IMG/VR virus record: IMGVR_UViG_3300036820_000005
Span: 32,001-96,000 of that record
DNA from: a virus
Direction: 5' to 3' (one strand)
DNA: 64,000 nt
Shown here: piece after piece, positions 39,891-49,665 of the stretch
Position numbering within the stretch: position 1 is the stretch's first letter
How the letters are laid out: each line of letters opens with the position of its first letter
Program-made: the position numbers and the translations under genes
The notes under the pieces: generated by a model
Told to the model about the DNA's origin: nothing
Database searches by the model: none
What the model saw: only the letters and a program-made list of their open reading frames with translations

Positions 39891-41423
39891 GTGGCAGTGG
39901 TAGCGGTCAGCGCGTGGGAGTATGCGGCCCGCCAGTTCGAGCCGAAACCCCGCACGTACGTTTCCCCGCTCGCGCTCGCAAAGCACCTCGACCCGCGGAC
40001 CGGGACCAGCGCGGCGCTGAGGCTCATCGACCAGGCCCTCGTCGCCCTAGCCGACGGCGACACCCCCGAGAACGCCCTCCTGGTCACGATCCCGCCGCAG
40101 GAGGCCAAGAGCACGACCATCGTGCGCCGGTTCCCCGAATGGCTGCTCGACAACGACCCAGCCTGCCGGATCGCCATCGCCAGCTACGAGCTCGACACTG
40201 CCGTCCGGTGGGGCCGCGACATCCGCCAGGACATCCAGCAGTCCGACGGGAAGCTCGACATCCCGTTCCGCCCCGACGCCACCGCGATGGCCAGGTGGGA
40301 GACACCCCAGGGCGGCGGCGTCTACTGTGTCGGCGTCGGCGGCCCGCTGACCGGCCGCGCCGTCGACGTGCTCCTGGTCGACGACCCCGTCAAGGACCGC
40401 GCCGAGGCCGAATCGGCGAAGATCCGGCAGAACATCTGGGACTGGTGGGAGTCCGTCGCCCTGACCCGCCTCGCACCCGGCGCCCGCACGGTGCTCGTCA
40501 TGACCCGCTGGCACGAGGACGACCTGGCCGGCCGGATCCTGTCCCGGCCAAGCCCGCTGAAATGGCGGGTCCTGAAGATCCCCGCCATCGCCGAAGCCGC
40601 CGACCCGCTCGGCCGCCGGCCAGGCGAGGAACTGGTCTCGGTCCGCGGCCGGGAAGCCGGCTACTTCCTGAACCTCCGCGCGACGATGAGCCCGTACACG
40701 TTCTCCTCGATCTACCAGCAGTCCCCCACCGCGGCGGAAGGGAACTTCTTCCGCAGGGCCACGTTCAGGTACTGGCGGCCGGCCGTGTCGTGGTCGGACG
40801 GCCGGGTCCGCCTCGACCTCGAAGGCCGCATCGTCACCCTGCCGGACTGCTGGCGGTTCGGCACCGTCGACGTCGCCGCCAGCGTCAAGACCAGCGCCGA
40901 CTACACGGTCATCAGCATGTGGGCGGTGTCGCCGGACGGAGACCTGATCCTCCTCGACCGGGCCCGCCAGCAGGTCGCGGAACACGACCACTTCGCCCTC
41001 GCCCAGGGCCTGTTCGACTCGTGGGGGGAATGCCAGCTGTACGTCGAGCGGCATTTCTTCGCCACCACCCTGGTAACTGACGCGCAGGCCGCCAACATCC
41101 CCGTTGCCGAGGTCGTCGCCGACACCGACAAGGTCACGCGCGCCATCCCCGCCGCCGGCCGGGTCCACGCGGGCCGGGTGTGGTTCCCCGCAGAGGCGTC
41201 CTGGCTGGACGAGTGGACCGACGAGCTGGCCTCCTTCCCGAACGGCACGCACGACGACCAGGTCGACACGCTCTCCTACGCGGCCAGGGTCCAGTCGGCC
41301 GAATGGACGCCGCCGCGGCCGCCGCCCCGGCCAGGCGTCGACCCGCACGAACGGGCCATCAACATCGCCGCACGCTCGGCGACAGGCGAAGACGGGTTCG
41401 ACCCGATGACCGCCCAATGGTAA
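39891..41423 (+). CDS. terL: Terminase large subunit
   Basis: PPQEAKS Walker A variant, LLVDDP Walker B, MTRWHEDDLAG, FPNGTHDDQVD. Confidence 0.92.
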   Translation: MAVVAVSAWEYAARQFEPKPRTYVSPLALAKHLDPRTGTSAALRLIDQALVALADGDTPENALLVTIPPQEAKSTTIVRRFPEWLLDNDPACRIAIASYELDTAVRWGRDIRQDIQQSDGKLDIPFRPDATAMARWETPQGGGVYCVGVGGPLTGRAVDVLLVDDPVKDRAEAESAKIRQNIWDWWESVALTRLAPGARTVLVMTRWHEDDLAGRILSRPSPLKWRVLKIPAIAEAADPLGRRPGEELVSVRGREAGYFLNLRATMSPYTFSSIYQQSPTAAEGNFFRRATFRYWRPAVSWSDGRVRLDLEGRIVTLPDCWRFGTVDVAASVKTSADYTVISMWAVSPDGDLILLDRARQQVAEHDHFALAQGLFDSWGECQLYVERHFFATTLVTDAQAANIPVAEVVADTDKVTRAIPAAGRVHAGRVWFPAEASWLDEWTDELASFPNGTHDDQVDTLSYAARVQSAEWTPPRPPPRPGVDPHERAINIAARSATGEDGFDPMTAQW

Positions 41424-41430
41424 ACCGCGC

Positions 41431-41524
41431 CTGACCTGCGAAAATGCCGCGTCTTTGTGCTGCCCGATCTTGTCACGCTCTACACTCCATCGATATTATT
41501 TATACATAAGCAAAAAACATCCAG
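41431..41524 (+). promoter_or_regulatory. Repeated promoter module, copy P4
   Basis: CTGACCTGCGAAAA; TTGTCA(41470)-N18-TATTAT(41494). Confidence 0.8.
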
Positions 41525-41539
41525 GCGAGGGAGCGCGAA

Positions 41540-41953
41540 ATGGCCAGCAAGCCCGTATGGGAGATGACCCCCCGGCAGGCGATCAAGTACTGGGCAGGCC
41601 AGTGGACGAAGCTGACCGGGCGGGCAGCCAGCGACAACCCGGCGATCGCCGAAGACGCCAAGCTGGCCCTCATCGAGGTCGAGGCGTCCCTGACCGACCT
41701 GAACGCTGTCCGCGACGGTGACAGCTGGAAGCTCGGCCCCATCGACCGGGCTACGTTCCTCCCCGCCATCCGCAGCCACGCGCTCGCCCACTACGAGGAG
41801 GGCTGGGACATGGTGATCGAGACCATGACCGACGTCGAGATCCTCGTGGAGATCAAGTGGTGCGAGAGCCCGGCCGGTGCCATCCGCAAGCTCGGCGAGG
41901 GCGTCCGGATCCGCCACTCCGTCTACCTCGACATCTGCGCGACCGCGTTCTGA
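41540..41953 (+). CDS. Hypothetical protein (domain shared with the 56090 ORF)
   Basis: SD GAGGGAG; HA..HY..GWD...D.EI. Confidence 0.75.
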   Translation: MASKPVWEMTPRQAIKYWAGQWTKLTGRAASDNPAIAEDAKLALIEVEASLTDLNAVRDGDSWKLGPIDRATFLPAIRSHALAHYEEGWDMVIETMTDVEILVEIKWCESPAGAIRKLGEGVRIRHSVYLDICATAF

Positions 41954-41962
41954 CCGACCACA

Positions 41963-42006
41963 GCCCGGCAGGCAGGCAGCCCCCGTTCAAGCCGGGGCCG
42001 GGCACG
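41963..42006 (+). ncRNA. tRNA-like mini-element, copy 4
   Basis: GCCCGG..CCCCG-TTCAAGC-CGGGG-CCGGGC-ACG. Confidence 0.75.
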
Positions 42007-42037
42007 CAGGAACCAACCCCGAACCGAGGAGGACAGC

Positions 42038-42358
42038 ATGACCGCCGCCATCGACTTCCACCAGTGGCATTCGGCAGGTACCGACGAGCCCCGCGACCAA
42101 GAGCGCGACCTGCACGGTCCGTACTTCGCGGGGATCGGCCCGGACCACCCGGAGGGCTGGAGCTGGACGATCTCCGAGTCCGCCACGTCGGAGGACATGG
42201 CACAGGGCAACGCGCCCGACGAGACCGCCGCCAAGCAGGCCGTCGACGAGTGGGAGCGCGGCCTGGTGACCTTCGGCAACGGACAGGTGGTCCATGTGCC
42301 CGACCCGATCTGCCGCGCCCAGGGCTACTGCCCGACCGTCCGCCGTTGCAGCTGCTAG
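42038..42358 (+). CDS. Hypothetical protein
   Basis: SD GAGGAGG. Confidence 0.7.
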   Translation: MTAAIDFHQWHSAGTDEPRDQERDLHGPYFAGIGPDHPEGWSWTISESATSEDMAQGNAPDETAAKQAVDEWERGLVTFGNGQVVHVPDPICRAQGYCPTVRRCSC

Positions 42359-42372
42359 CCCCGCTCCACTGA

Positions 42373-42415
42373 GCCCGGCTGGAAGCCAGAGCGGTTCGAG
42401 GCCGCTCCGGGCACG
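42373..42415 (+). ncRNA. tRNA-like mini-element, copy 5
   Basis: GCCCG..GAGCGG-TTCGAGG-CCGCTC-CGGGC-ACG. Confidence 0.75.
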
Positions 42416-42444
42416 CAGAACCCGATCCCGAACAGGAGGAAGCC

Positions 42445-42917
42445 GTGATGAACGCGAACCGGGGGCCACGTCACCCGAACCGCCGCCGCCGTAGCCCCGG
42501 AGTCATGCTCGCGGGCCGTCCCGCCGCTGGCCGGTGCGACATTGTGGTGACCGGCGACGGCGGGAAAGCGAAGTTGCACCGTACCGCCCGCCGTGTCGAG
42601 GACCGGCGGTGGCGGGCAGAGGCCGCCGCTGAACTGGCCGATCCGACATGAGCGGCACCGCGCATCTGATGGAGGGAACTGAGCAGCGCGGCTACCGCAC
42701 CGTCCGCGTCAACCACGCCGCCCTCGACCAAGCCGTCACGCTCACCGGCCGCGGCCCGCAACGCGGGATCACCCGGCACGCAGGCGAGTCCATCTGCGGC
42801 GAACCGGCCGGGAGGCTGTCGGACACCCCGGTCGGCCTGTTCGACGCCGAGCTGACCTGCGGCCTGTGCTACCTGCTGTGCCGCACCGAAGCCGTCCAGA
42901 TCCAGGAGGCGCTGTGA
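42445..42917 (+). CDS. Two small hypothetical ORFs (42445-42651, 42648-42917)
   Basis: SD AGGAGG; ATGA overlap. Confidence 0.55.
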
Positions 42918-43273
42918 TCGCCGTCGACCGCATCTGGCAGCCGGAAGAGAGCCAGTGGCGGTTTGACCTCCTGGTCGGTGGGGCCCACGCGGGGCTGGCC
43001 GAGGTGATCGTCCTGGACCACGATGTGCGGCTCGCCGACCTGTGGATCCGGCCGGCCTACCGCGGCCGCGGCTTTGCCCGGCACCTCCTGGCCGACGTGC
43101 TCGCTGCGATGGGCGACCGGGACATGACCCTGTCCGCCGAGCCGTTCGAGTACCCAGACCAGCCGCCAGGCCCGGCGCTGACCGGAGGCCAGCTCGCCGC
43201 CTGGTACGCCCGGCACGGCTTCCAGCCGACCGGCACCGGCCACATGATGCACCGACCCAAGGAGACCGCGTGA
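42914..43273 (+). CDS. GNAT N-acetyltransferase
   Basis: LWIRPAYRGRGFARHLL; L.AWYARHGF. Confidence 0.85.
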   Translation: MIAVDRIWQPEESQWRFDLLVGGAHAGLAEVIVLDHDVRLADLWIRPAYRGRGFARHLLADVLAAMGDRDMTLSAEPFEYPDQPPGPALTGGQLAAWYARHGFQPTGTGHMMHRPKETA

Positions 43274-43671
43274 TCGCCATCATCGGCTGCGGTGCCCGTA
43301 AGCTCGACCGGCCCGCCCCTGCCCGGGAGCTGTACGTCGGCTCGTACTTCCAGGCCTGCAGCCGGGCGGCCGAGGCGATCGCGCCGGGCCGGTGGTTCAT
43401 CCTGTCCGCCAAGCACGGCCTGCTGCGCCCCGGCGACGAGATCGAGCCGTACGACCTGACGCTCGGCCAGCCCGGATCGGTCACGGCCCAGCAAGCCACC
43501 TGGCAGGCCCTTACCTGCGGGATCTGGTTTGAGCCCGTGACCGCCCTGTGCGGTTCCCGCTACGCCGACCTGGCCCGCCAGGTCTGGCCGCAGGTCGAGG
43601 TCCCGCTCGCCGGACTCGGGATCGGCCGGCAGCTGCAAGCCCTGGCCCGCATAGCCGCTGGCCGCGCCTAG
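43270..43671 (+). CDS. DUF6884 (YaaA-like) protein
   Basis: IIGCGARK..PARELYVGSYF..FILSAKHGL..IEPYD. Confidence 0.75.
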   Translation: MIAIIGCGARKLDRPAPARELYVGSYFQACSRAAEAIAPGRWFILSAKHGLLRPGDEIEPYDLTLGQPGSVTAQQATWQALTCGIWFEPVTALCGSRYADLARQVWPQVEVPLAGLGIGRQLQALARIAAGRA

Positions 43672-43892
43672 CTGTCGGGGCCAGCCGTCCCGTTCCCCAC
43701 CGCGGGGGCGGGCTGCCGGGGCTTCCACGCCCGTGCGAGGCACGCCAGTCCCCAGAGCGTGGGGAGCGTCATCCAGTAGCCGTGATGGGCGGCATACAGC
43801 CACCCGGCCACGCCGAGCAGGATCACCCCGAAGACGGCCAGGCCGCCTCTGCTGGTCTTGCCTGCCACTGCCTGCTGCCCGCTGCCTGCCAC
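43668..43892 (-). CDS. Small reverse-strand membrane protein
   Basis: Two hydrophobic segments; AAGGGG SD and TACACT -10 upstream on the minus strand. Confidence 0.5.
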   Translation of the reverse strand: MAGSGQQAVAGKTSRGGLAVFGVILLGVAGWLYAAHHGYWMTLPTLWGLACLARAWKPRQPAPAVGNGTAGPDS

Positions 43893-43933
43893 GGCCGCCC
43901 CTTTCTACACGCGGGAGTGTAGCGCGGGCCTTG

Positions 43934-43955
43934 CTGCCACGGCAGGCGGAACCCT
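43934..43955 (+). promoter_or_regulatory. Late-promoter-like motif CTGCCAC-N9-AACCCT
   Basis: Upstream of the portal SD. Confidence 0.55.
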
Positions 43956-43993
43956 GACCGTGGCAGCGACAGGTCGGCGGCGGTGGAGGTGGG

Positions 43994-46204
43994 ATGGCGC
44001 AGCAGCAGTTCAGCGGCGCCCCCACCTCCGACATGGGCACCCCGGACCTGTACTGGGGCACCTGGGGCCAGGGACTCCTGTCCGAATGGTGGGAGACCGC
44101 CCCGCAGCTGATCTGGCCCGAAGCCGTCATCACCTACGGGCGGATGCGTCACGACCCCCAGTGCAAAGGGGTCCTGTCCGCGTACAAGCTGCCGCTGATG
44201 CGCGCCACCTGGGCGATCGACCCGGCAGGCTGCCGCGACGAGGTAGTCCAGCTCTGCTCAGAAGACCTGGACCTGCCGATCCTCGGCAACGCCGACGACG
44301 ACTCGTGGAACGCCGACAACGACGGCCAGCCTGCCCGGACCAGCGGCGTGACGTGGAAACGGCACCTGTCCCAGGTGCTGCAGTACCTCGAGTTCGGCCA
44401 CATGATCTTCGAGCGCAAATACCAGATCGTCGGCGACCAGCTGCGGCTGCTCGCGCTCGGCGAGCGGATGCCGTGGACCGTGGCCAGGATCATGCTCAAC
44501 CAGGACGCCACGATCAACCACCTCGTGCAGTACATGCAGGAAAAGCCGATCCCGGCGAACCGGCTGGTCTGGTACGCGCACGAGCACGAGGGCGCGAACT
44601 GGGCCGGGTTCTCCCTGCTGCGGTCGGCGTTCGCCCCGTGGCTGCTGAAGCACGAATGCTGGCGGGTGCTGGCCACGTCGATCCGCCGGTTCGGGATGGG
44701 CGTCCCTACCGTCGAAGCGCCGCCCGGCGCGACGCAGAACCAGGTGCAGCAGGCCAGCAGCCTCGCCTCCAGCATGCGGGTCGGCGACATGTCCGGTGTC
44801 GGCCTGCCCAGCGGGTTCAAGTTCAGCCTGGCCGGGCTGACAGGGAACGTGCCGGACTCGCTGGCGTTCATCCAGTACCTCGACGGGCAGATCGCCAAGC
44901 AGGCCCTGGCCGGGCTGATGGAGCTCGGCGACACCCAGAACGGCAGCAGGGCGCTCGGCGAGACGTTCCTTGACCTGTTCCTCCTGTCCCTGCAGGGCGT
45001 CGCCGACGAGATCGCGACCGCGGCGACGGTCGGCTGGCCGCAGATGCCCGGCATCCTCGCCGACCTCGTGGCCTGGAACTGGGGCGCCGACGAGCCAGTC
45101 CCGAAAATCGTCTGCACCGACGTAGGCGAAAACTACGAGGTCTCCGCCCAGGCGATCGACCAGCTGGTGCAGCACGGCGCACTCGACCCCGACCCGACCC
45201 TGGACGCCTGGATCCGCAAGGCATGGCGGCTGCCCGCCCGCGACCCCGACGCGCCGTCCAGCCTCCCGCCGAAGCCGGGCCCGCCCCTCGGGCCGGAGCC
45301 GGGGCCCGGCGGCGGGCCCGCCGGAGACCAGGCCCCCGCCAGCCAGGGACAGGCAGGAACGGCAGCGAGCCGCCGCTCAGGCAGGCACCGGGCCGCCGCG
45401 CCGGGCGGGTTCCGCCGCCAGCCGACACAGATCGAGGCGGCCTCCGGGTTCGACCCCGCCATGGTCCGGCAGGAATGGCTCGACGCCCGGACCGCCCTGA
45501 TCGCCTCATACAAGCTGCAGGTCCTCGGCGGCCTGCAAGACGACCTCGCCGGGCAGGTTGAGGCCAGCGTCCAGGCCGGGCAGCTCGGCAAGCTCGCCTC
45601 GCTGACCGTCGACACGGACGCGGCCGCGACGCTGATCGGCGGGGCGATGCTCGGCCTGGCCCGCACCGCGGCGAACCGGGCGCGGGCCGAAGCCGCGTCG
45701 CAAGGCGTCAAGATCCCCGCCGCCGGGGTGGCACTGCCCGAGGCGAAGATCGGCCAGGTCGCCGCGGCCAGGGCCGGGCTGCTCGGCTCCTGGTGGGCGC
45801 AGCAGGCCAGCGGCAAGGCCCTCCAGGTGTCCGCGGCGGCCGCCCACCCGCCCCTTCCGGTTCGGCTGCCCGCCGACATCGCCGACCTGATCCGCGAGTT
45901 CCTCGAGGGGCTGTCCGACGCCAGCCTTACCGACCAGCTCGGCGCCGCGCTCACCGCAGGCCAGAACGTCGGCCGGATCTCCGTCATGGAAGCCGCGGCC
46001 GCGTCGGGCGGGACCGCCCAGTACGTGGCCACGGAGATCGAGGACGACAACACCTGCAAGCCCTGCCAGGACGAGGACCAGCGCGTGTTCGCCAGCCTCG
46101 CCGGCGCGCAGGCCGCCTACCCGTCCGGCGGCTATATCGGCTGCCTCGGCGGGATGCGGTGCCGCGGCACGGTCATCGCCTACTGGGGAGGGCTGACGCC
46201 ATGA
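43994..46204 (+). CDS. Portal protein (DUF935-like) fused to a MuF-like minor head domain
   Basis: G.SLLR.A..PWLLK..RRFGMGVP, GSRALGET; C-terminal DDNTCKPC..CLGGMRCRG. Confidence 0.85.
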   Translation: MAQQQFSGAPTSDMGTPDLYWGTWGQGLLSEWWETAPQLIWPEAVITYGRMRHDPQCKGVLSAYKLPLMRATWAIDPAGCRDEVVQLCSEDLDLPILGNADDDSWNADNDGQPARTSGVTWKRHLSQVLQYLEFGHMIFERKYQIVGDQLRLLALGERMPWTVARIMLNQDATINHLVQYMQEKPIPANRLVWYAHEHEGANWAGFSLLRSAFAPWLLKHECWRVLATSIRRFGMGVPTVEAPPGATQNQVQQASSLASSMRVGDMSGVGLPSGFKFSLAGLTGNVPDSLAFIQYLDGQIAKQALAGLMELGDTQNGSRALGETFLDLFLLSLQGVADEIATAATVGWPQMPGILADLVAWNWGADEPVPKIVCTDVGENYEVSAQAIDQLVQHGALDPDPTLDAWIRKAWRLPARDPDAPSSLPPKPGPPLGPEPGPGGGPAGDQAPASQGQAGTAASRRSGRHRAAAPGGFRRQPTQIEAASGFDPAMVRQEWLDARTALIASYKLQVLGGLQDDLAGQVEASVQAGQLGKLASLTVDTDAAATLIGGAMLGLARTAANRARAEAASQGVKIPAAGVALPEAKIGQVAAARAGLLGSWWAQQASGKALQVSAAAAHPPLPVRLPADIADLIREFLEGLSDASLTDQLGAALTAGQNVGRISVMEAAAASGGTAQYVATEIEDDNTCKPCQDEDQRVFASLAGAQAAYPSGGYIGCLGGMRCRGTVIAYWGGLTP

Positions 46205-48231
46205 CGGAACCGCAGGTTGTCGCGCTGCCGCAGCTGGTCACCGTCCCGGACGTCGAGATCGTCGCCGCGGGGACGTGGAAGCTGGCCTCGGGTGAGGCGA
46301 CGTTCACCGCCGAAGACCTGGCCGCCGCGGTGCAGGCCAGCGCCTGCCCGGCGATCGGCTCGCCGGTCCTCAAGCTGGGCCACGTCGATCCGAGGTTCGA
46401 CGGGGAACCGGCGGTCGGCCGGGTCACCAACCTGCGGCTGACCAGCAGCGGGGCGAAGATCAGCGGCGACCTGGCCGGGGTGCCTGCCTGGCTGGCCGCC
46501 GCGCTGCCGTCCGCGTACCCGCAGCGGTCGATCGAAGGCATGTACGGCTACACGTGCCAGATCGGCCACACGCACCCGTTCGTGATCACCCACCTTGCTC
46601 TGCTCGGCGTCACCGCGCCGGGCGTTGGAGTGCTGTCCAGCCTGAAGGACGTCGCCGCCCTGTACGGCGTCGCGGCCGCCGCAGGCGACCAGGGCAGCGC
46701 ATGGACGTTCCGTTTTGGAGGAGTCATGGCAGACGCCGCCCCCAGCCCGGCTACGACGGTCGAGGACATCCGCCGCGCGTACTACGACGACCCGGCGACG
46801 CCGCCGACGATGTGGATCACTGAGATCCAGCTGTCCCCGCTGCAGCTGATCGTCGCTGACGAGTCGCAGGGCACCCTGAGCCGCTTGCCCGTGAAGATCG
46901 GGTCCGACGGGACGGTGACGTTCGGTGCCCCGGTCCAGGTGCAGGTCTCCTACGTCGACGCGGCCGACCAAACGACTGCCGCATCAGCGGGCACGCCGTC
47001 CGGCCGGGCACTCGCGGTCGCTGCGAAGCTCCGCGGCCAGGCCGACGATCACATGGCGCAGCTCGCCGCCATGCGGGTCACCGCGTCCTGGGACGCGGAC
47101 GCGCAGATCGGCAACCTCGGCGACGACCCGACACAGACCCAGCTCGACGAGCTGTTCGCGCTGCCGGGCGACACCAGGTCCGACAGCAAGCTCCCGCACC
47201 ACCAGGTGTCCAGCGGCGGCGACGTCGGCGAGGCGAACCTGGACGGCTGCGACGCGGGGATCGCCGCGCTGAACGGCGCCCGCGGCGGCGTATCAGGCGT
47301 GTCAGACACTGCCCGCAAGGCCGCGTACGACCACCTGGCCGCCCACATGACGGCAGGCGGGAAGACCCCGCCCGACTTGAAGACCTCCGCGTCAGGTGGC
47401 CTGCCGGATCCCGCCACTCCAGCGGCTGACCAGCAGAACCCCGCCGGGGAAGGCCCCGCGAACTCCGGGCCGGTGCACGGCCAGTTCGTCGGCACCCACA
47501 CGCACCCGCACTCCGCGTACGGCGCCGCCAGCCAGGCGGACGACCACGCGGACGAAGGCCACCCGCACACGCACGCGGATGACAACAACCACGACCACCA
47601 CAACGCTGCCACCGCCGGTGCGACTGTGAGCGCGTCAGCCGGTGACGGCAGTACGGAGGATGCAGACATGCAGTTCAGCGACGCTCAGCTGGCCACGATG
47701 CGGACGAAGCTCGGCCTTGCCGGCGACGCGGAGCTGACCCCGGACCTGATCCTGGCCGCGCTCCAGCCGGCAGCCGGTGTCCAGGCCAGCGGCCAGCCCG
47801 CGCCCGCCGCTGCGGCACCAGCCGCTGACCCGGCGCCCGCCGCCCAGCCTGCGACCGCAAGCCCGGTCCCCGTGCAGGCCGCGGCGCTGCCGCCCGGCAT
47901 GGCCCTGGTCGACCAGGCCGCGCTCGACGAGCTGAAGCGGAACGCCAACCTCGGCGCCGAGGCCCGCGCTGAGCAGCGCCGCGCATACCGCGACCAGGTG
48001 ATCACGGCGGCGATCGGTGACGGCAAGACGCCGCCGGTCCGCCGGGAGCACTGGGAGAAGGCGTGGGAGGTCGACGCGGAAGGGACCGAGCAGGTCCTCG
48101 CCAGCCTCGCGCCCGGCCTGATCCCGCTGGCCGATATCGGCACCCCGGGCGGCGAGCAGGTGACCGGCGGCGGGACGACGGAGATGCGGGAGTACAGCGC
48201 GCTGTTCGGCCCGCCGAAGAAGGACCAGTAA
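46201..48231 (+). CDS. Capsid maturation protease / scaffold polyprotein
   Basis: VEI..AGTW, LKLGH, PAVGRV, YPQRSIE, ALLGVTAPGV (Mu gpI-like); helical C-terminus. Confidence 0.8.
   Translation: MTEPQVVALPQLVTVPDVEIVAAGTWKLASGEATFTAEDLAAAVQASACPAIGSPVLKLGHVDPRFDGEPAVGRVTNLRLTSSGAKISGDLAGVPAWLAAALPSAYPQRSIEGMYGYTCQIGHTHPFVITHLALLGVTAPGVGVLSSLKDVAALYGVAAAAGDQGSAWTFRFGGVMADAAPSPATTVEDIRRAYYDDPATPPTMWITEIQLSPLQLIVADESQGTLSRLPVKIGSDGTVTFGAPVQVQVSYVDAADQTTAASAGTPSGRALAVAAKLRGQADDHMAQLAAMRVTASWDADAQIGNLGDDPTQTQLDELFALPGDTRSDSKLPHHQVSSGGDVGEANLDGCDAGIAALNGARGGVSGVSDTARKAAYDHLAAHMTAGGKTPPDLKTSASGGLPDPATPAADQQNPAGEGPANSGPVHGQFVGTHTHPHSAYGAASQADDHADEGHPHTHADDNNHDHHNAATAGATVSASAGDGSTEDADMQFSDAQLATMRTKLGLAGDAELTPDLILAALQPAAGVQASGQPAPAAAAPAADPAPAAQPATASPVPVQAAALPPGMALVDQAALDELKRNANLGAEARAEQRRAYRDQVITAAIGDGKTPPVRREHWEKAWEVDAEGTEQVLASLAPGLIPLADIGTPGGEQVTGGGTTEMREYSALFGPPKKDQ
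47606..47627 (+). promoter_or_regulatory. Internal late-promoter-like motif CTGCCAC-N9-GACTGT
   Basis: Upstream of SD GGAGG and in-frame ATG 47668. Confidence 0.55.
47668..48231 (+). CDS. Nested scaffold protein (in-frame internal start)
   Basis: Own SD and promoter-like motif; LGL..D.E linker and AI.DGK..P.RREHW helices. Confidence 0.6.
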   Translation: MQFSDAQLATMRTKLGLAGDAELTPDLILAALQPAAGVQASGQPAPAAAAPAADPAPAAQPATASPVPVQAAALPPGMALVDQAALDELKRNANLGAEARAEQRRAYRDQVITAAIGDGKTPPVRREHWEKAWEVDAEGTEQVLASLAPGLIPLADIGTPGGEQVTGGGTTEMREYSALFGPPKKDQ

Positions 48232-48268
48232 CAGCCGCCCAGCAGGAGACGGCAGACAGGAGACGGCA

Positions 48269-48643
48269 GTGCCGGACTACAACCCGCTATCCGACGAGTG
48301 CGCGGCCTCGTGGACCGCTTCGGCGTCCATCACGGGCGGCAACCTCGTCGAGGTGACCGGAAACGGCACCGTCGGGCCGGCCGGGGAGACCTCGCAGAAG
48401 GTCCTCGGCGTCGCAGGGTTCGACTCGATCGACGGCACCAACGTGACCGTCCTGGACCTGGACGACTACCACGTCACGGCCATCAGCGCGGTCGGCTCGA
48501 TAGCCGCCGGGAACCCGATCAAGGCCGGGGCGTCCGGGACGGTCGAAGAGTACGTCGTCGGCACGGACCCGATCACCGCCTACCTCGGGACCTGCATCAT
48601 CGGCGGTGCCGCGAGCGGCACTTGCACCTGGAAGGGCCGCTAG
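48269..48643 (+). CDS. Capsid decoration/cement protein (DUF2190-like)
   Basis: Size, position before the capsid gene; GVA..D, IAAG. Confidence 0.7.
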   Translation: MPDYNPLSDECAASWTASASITGGNLVEVTGNGTVGPAGETSQKVLGVAGFDSIDGTNVTVLDLDDYHVTAISAVGSIAAGNPIKAGASGTVEEYVVGTDPITAYLGTCIIGGAASGTCTWKGR

Positions 48644-48699
48644 GCCGCAACCGCATAAGGGCCATGCCGCCCCCGCGGGCGGCCTGACGGAGGAACGAG

Positions 48700-49665
48700 A
48701 TGTCTGGTTACACCTACCCGCCGCTCCCGCCGACGTTGTCGGGTGATCTGGAGACCATCTCCCGGTTCCTCCAGTCGCCGACCCAGATCCGCAGGCGCCT
48801 CCGCGACTACGTGGACCTGAGGTTCATCAGCGACCAGATCCTGACGAACCGGTGGAACTCGACCGGCGGCGCGGCCCTGTACGAGCAGACCGAACCTTTC
48901 GTCACGGATAGGCCCGTTCAGTCGGTTGCCCCCGGGTCCGAGTACCCGCAGGCAGACGCCCCGACCGGCACCGGCGGCATCGCGGCCGTCCAGAAGTGGG
49001 GCCAGATGGTCCCGCTCACCGACGAGCAGATCGACAGGAACGTTTACGCAGGTCAGATAGTTGACCGGACCTTGCAGAAGGTGGTCAACTCGGTGATCGC
49101 CCAGGTCGACAACATCACGATGTCGGCCGTCATGAGCACCGTCTCCCTCGAGGTCTCCCCGACCGCGGCATGGGACGGGTCCGGCGATGCGGCGCCGACG
49201 ATCCTGCGGGACGTCCTGCTCGGCGTCCGGCAGATCACCGGCCAGCTGCAGGGCTACAACCCGGACACGCTGCTGGTCACCGACGTCATGTACGCCTACA
49301 TGATGTCCGACCTCACCGTGTCGAACCTGCTCAAGCGCGAGGACAGCACCAACCCGATCTACACCGGTGAGATCGAGATCCTGTCCGGGCTGACGCTGGT
49401 CCACTCGCCGCACGCCCCGAACGACCCGCTGATCCTGGACTCGGCCGAGTTCGGCGGAATGGCCGACGAGATCTCCGGCTCCCCGGGCTGGGCGATCTCC
49501 GACCTGGCCGTGCAGATCAAGTCGATCCGCAACGACCGCCGCGACCGCTGGGAACTCCAGGGCAGAAGGATCACGGTCCCGATCATCCAGAACCCGAACT
49601 CGGCCTGCGCGATCCTTGGCGCGTCCGGGTCCGAGGGCGGCGGCGAAGGGAGCTTCTCCGTATGA
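48700..49665 (+). CDS. Major capsid protein
   Basis: YTYPP..P, VAPGSEYP, KWG...TDE, GY.PDTL; position. Confidence 0.85.
   Translation: MSGYTYPPLPPTLSGDLETISRFLQSPTQIRRRLRDYVDLRFISDQILTNRWNSTGGAALYEQTEPFVTDRPVQSVAPGSEYPQADAPTGTGGIAAVQKWGQMVPLTDEQIDRNVYAGQIVDRTLQKVVNSVIAQVDNITMSAVMSTVSLEVSPTAAWDGSGDAAPTILRDVLLGVRQITGQLQGYNPDTLLVTDVMYAYMMSDLTVSNLLKREDSTNPIYTGEIEILSGLTLVHSPHAPNDPLILDSAEFGGMADEISGSPGWAISDLAVQIKSIRNDRRDRWELQGRRITVPIIQNPNSACAILGASGSEGGGEGSFSV

Noticed and set aside
43862-43892. Extra CTGCCAC copies (43862, 43886, also 35017) as late promoters
   Set aside because: They lack the NANNNT hexamer at the N9 spacing.
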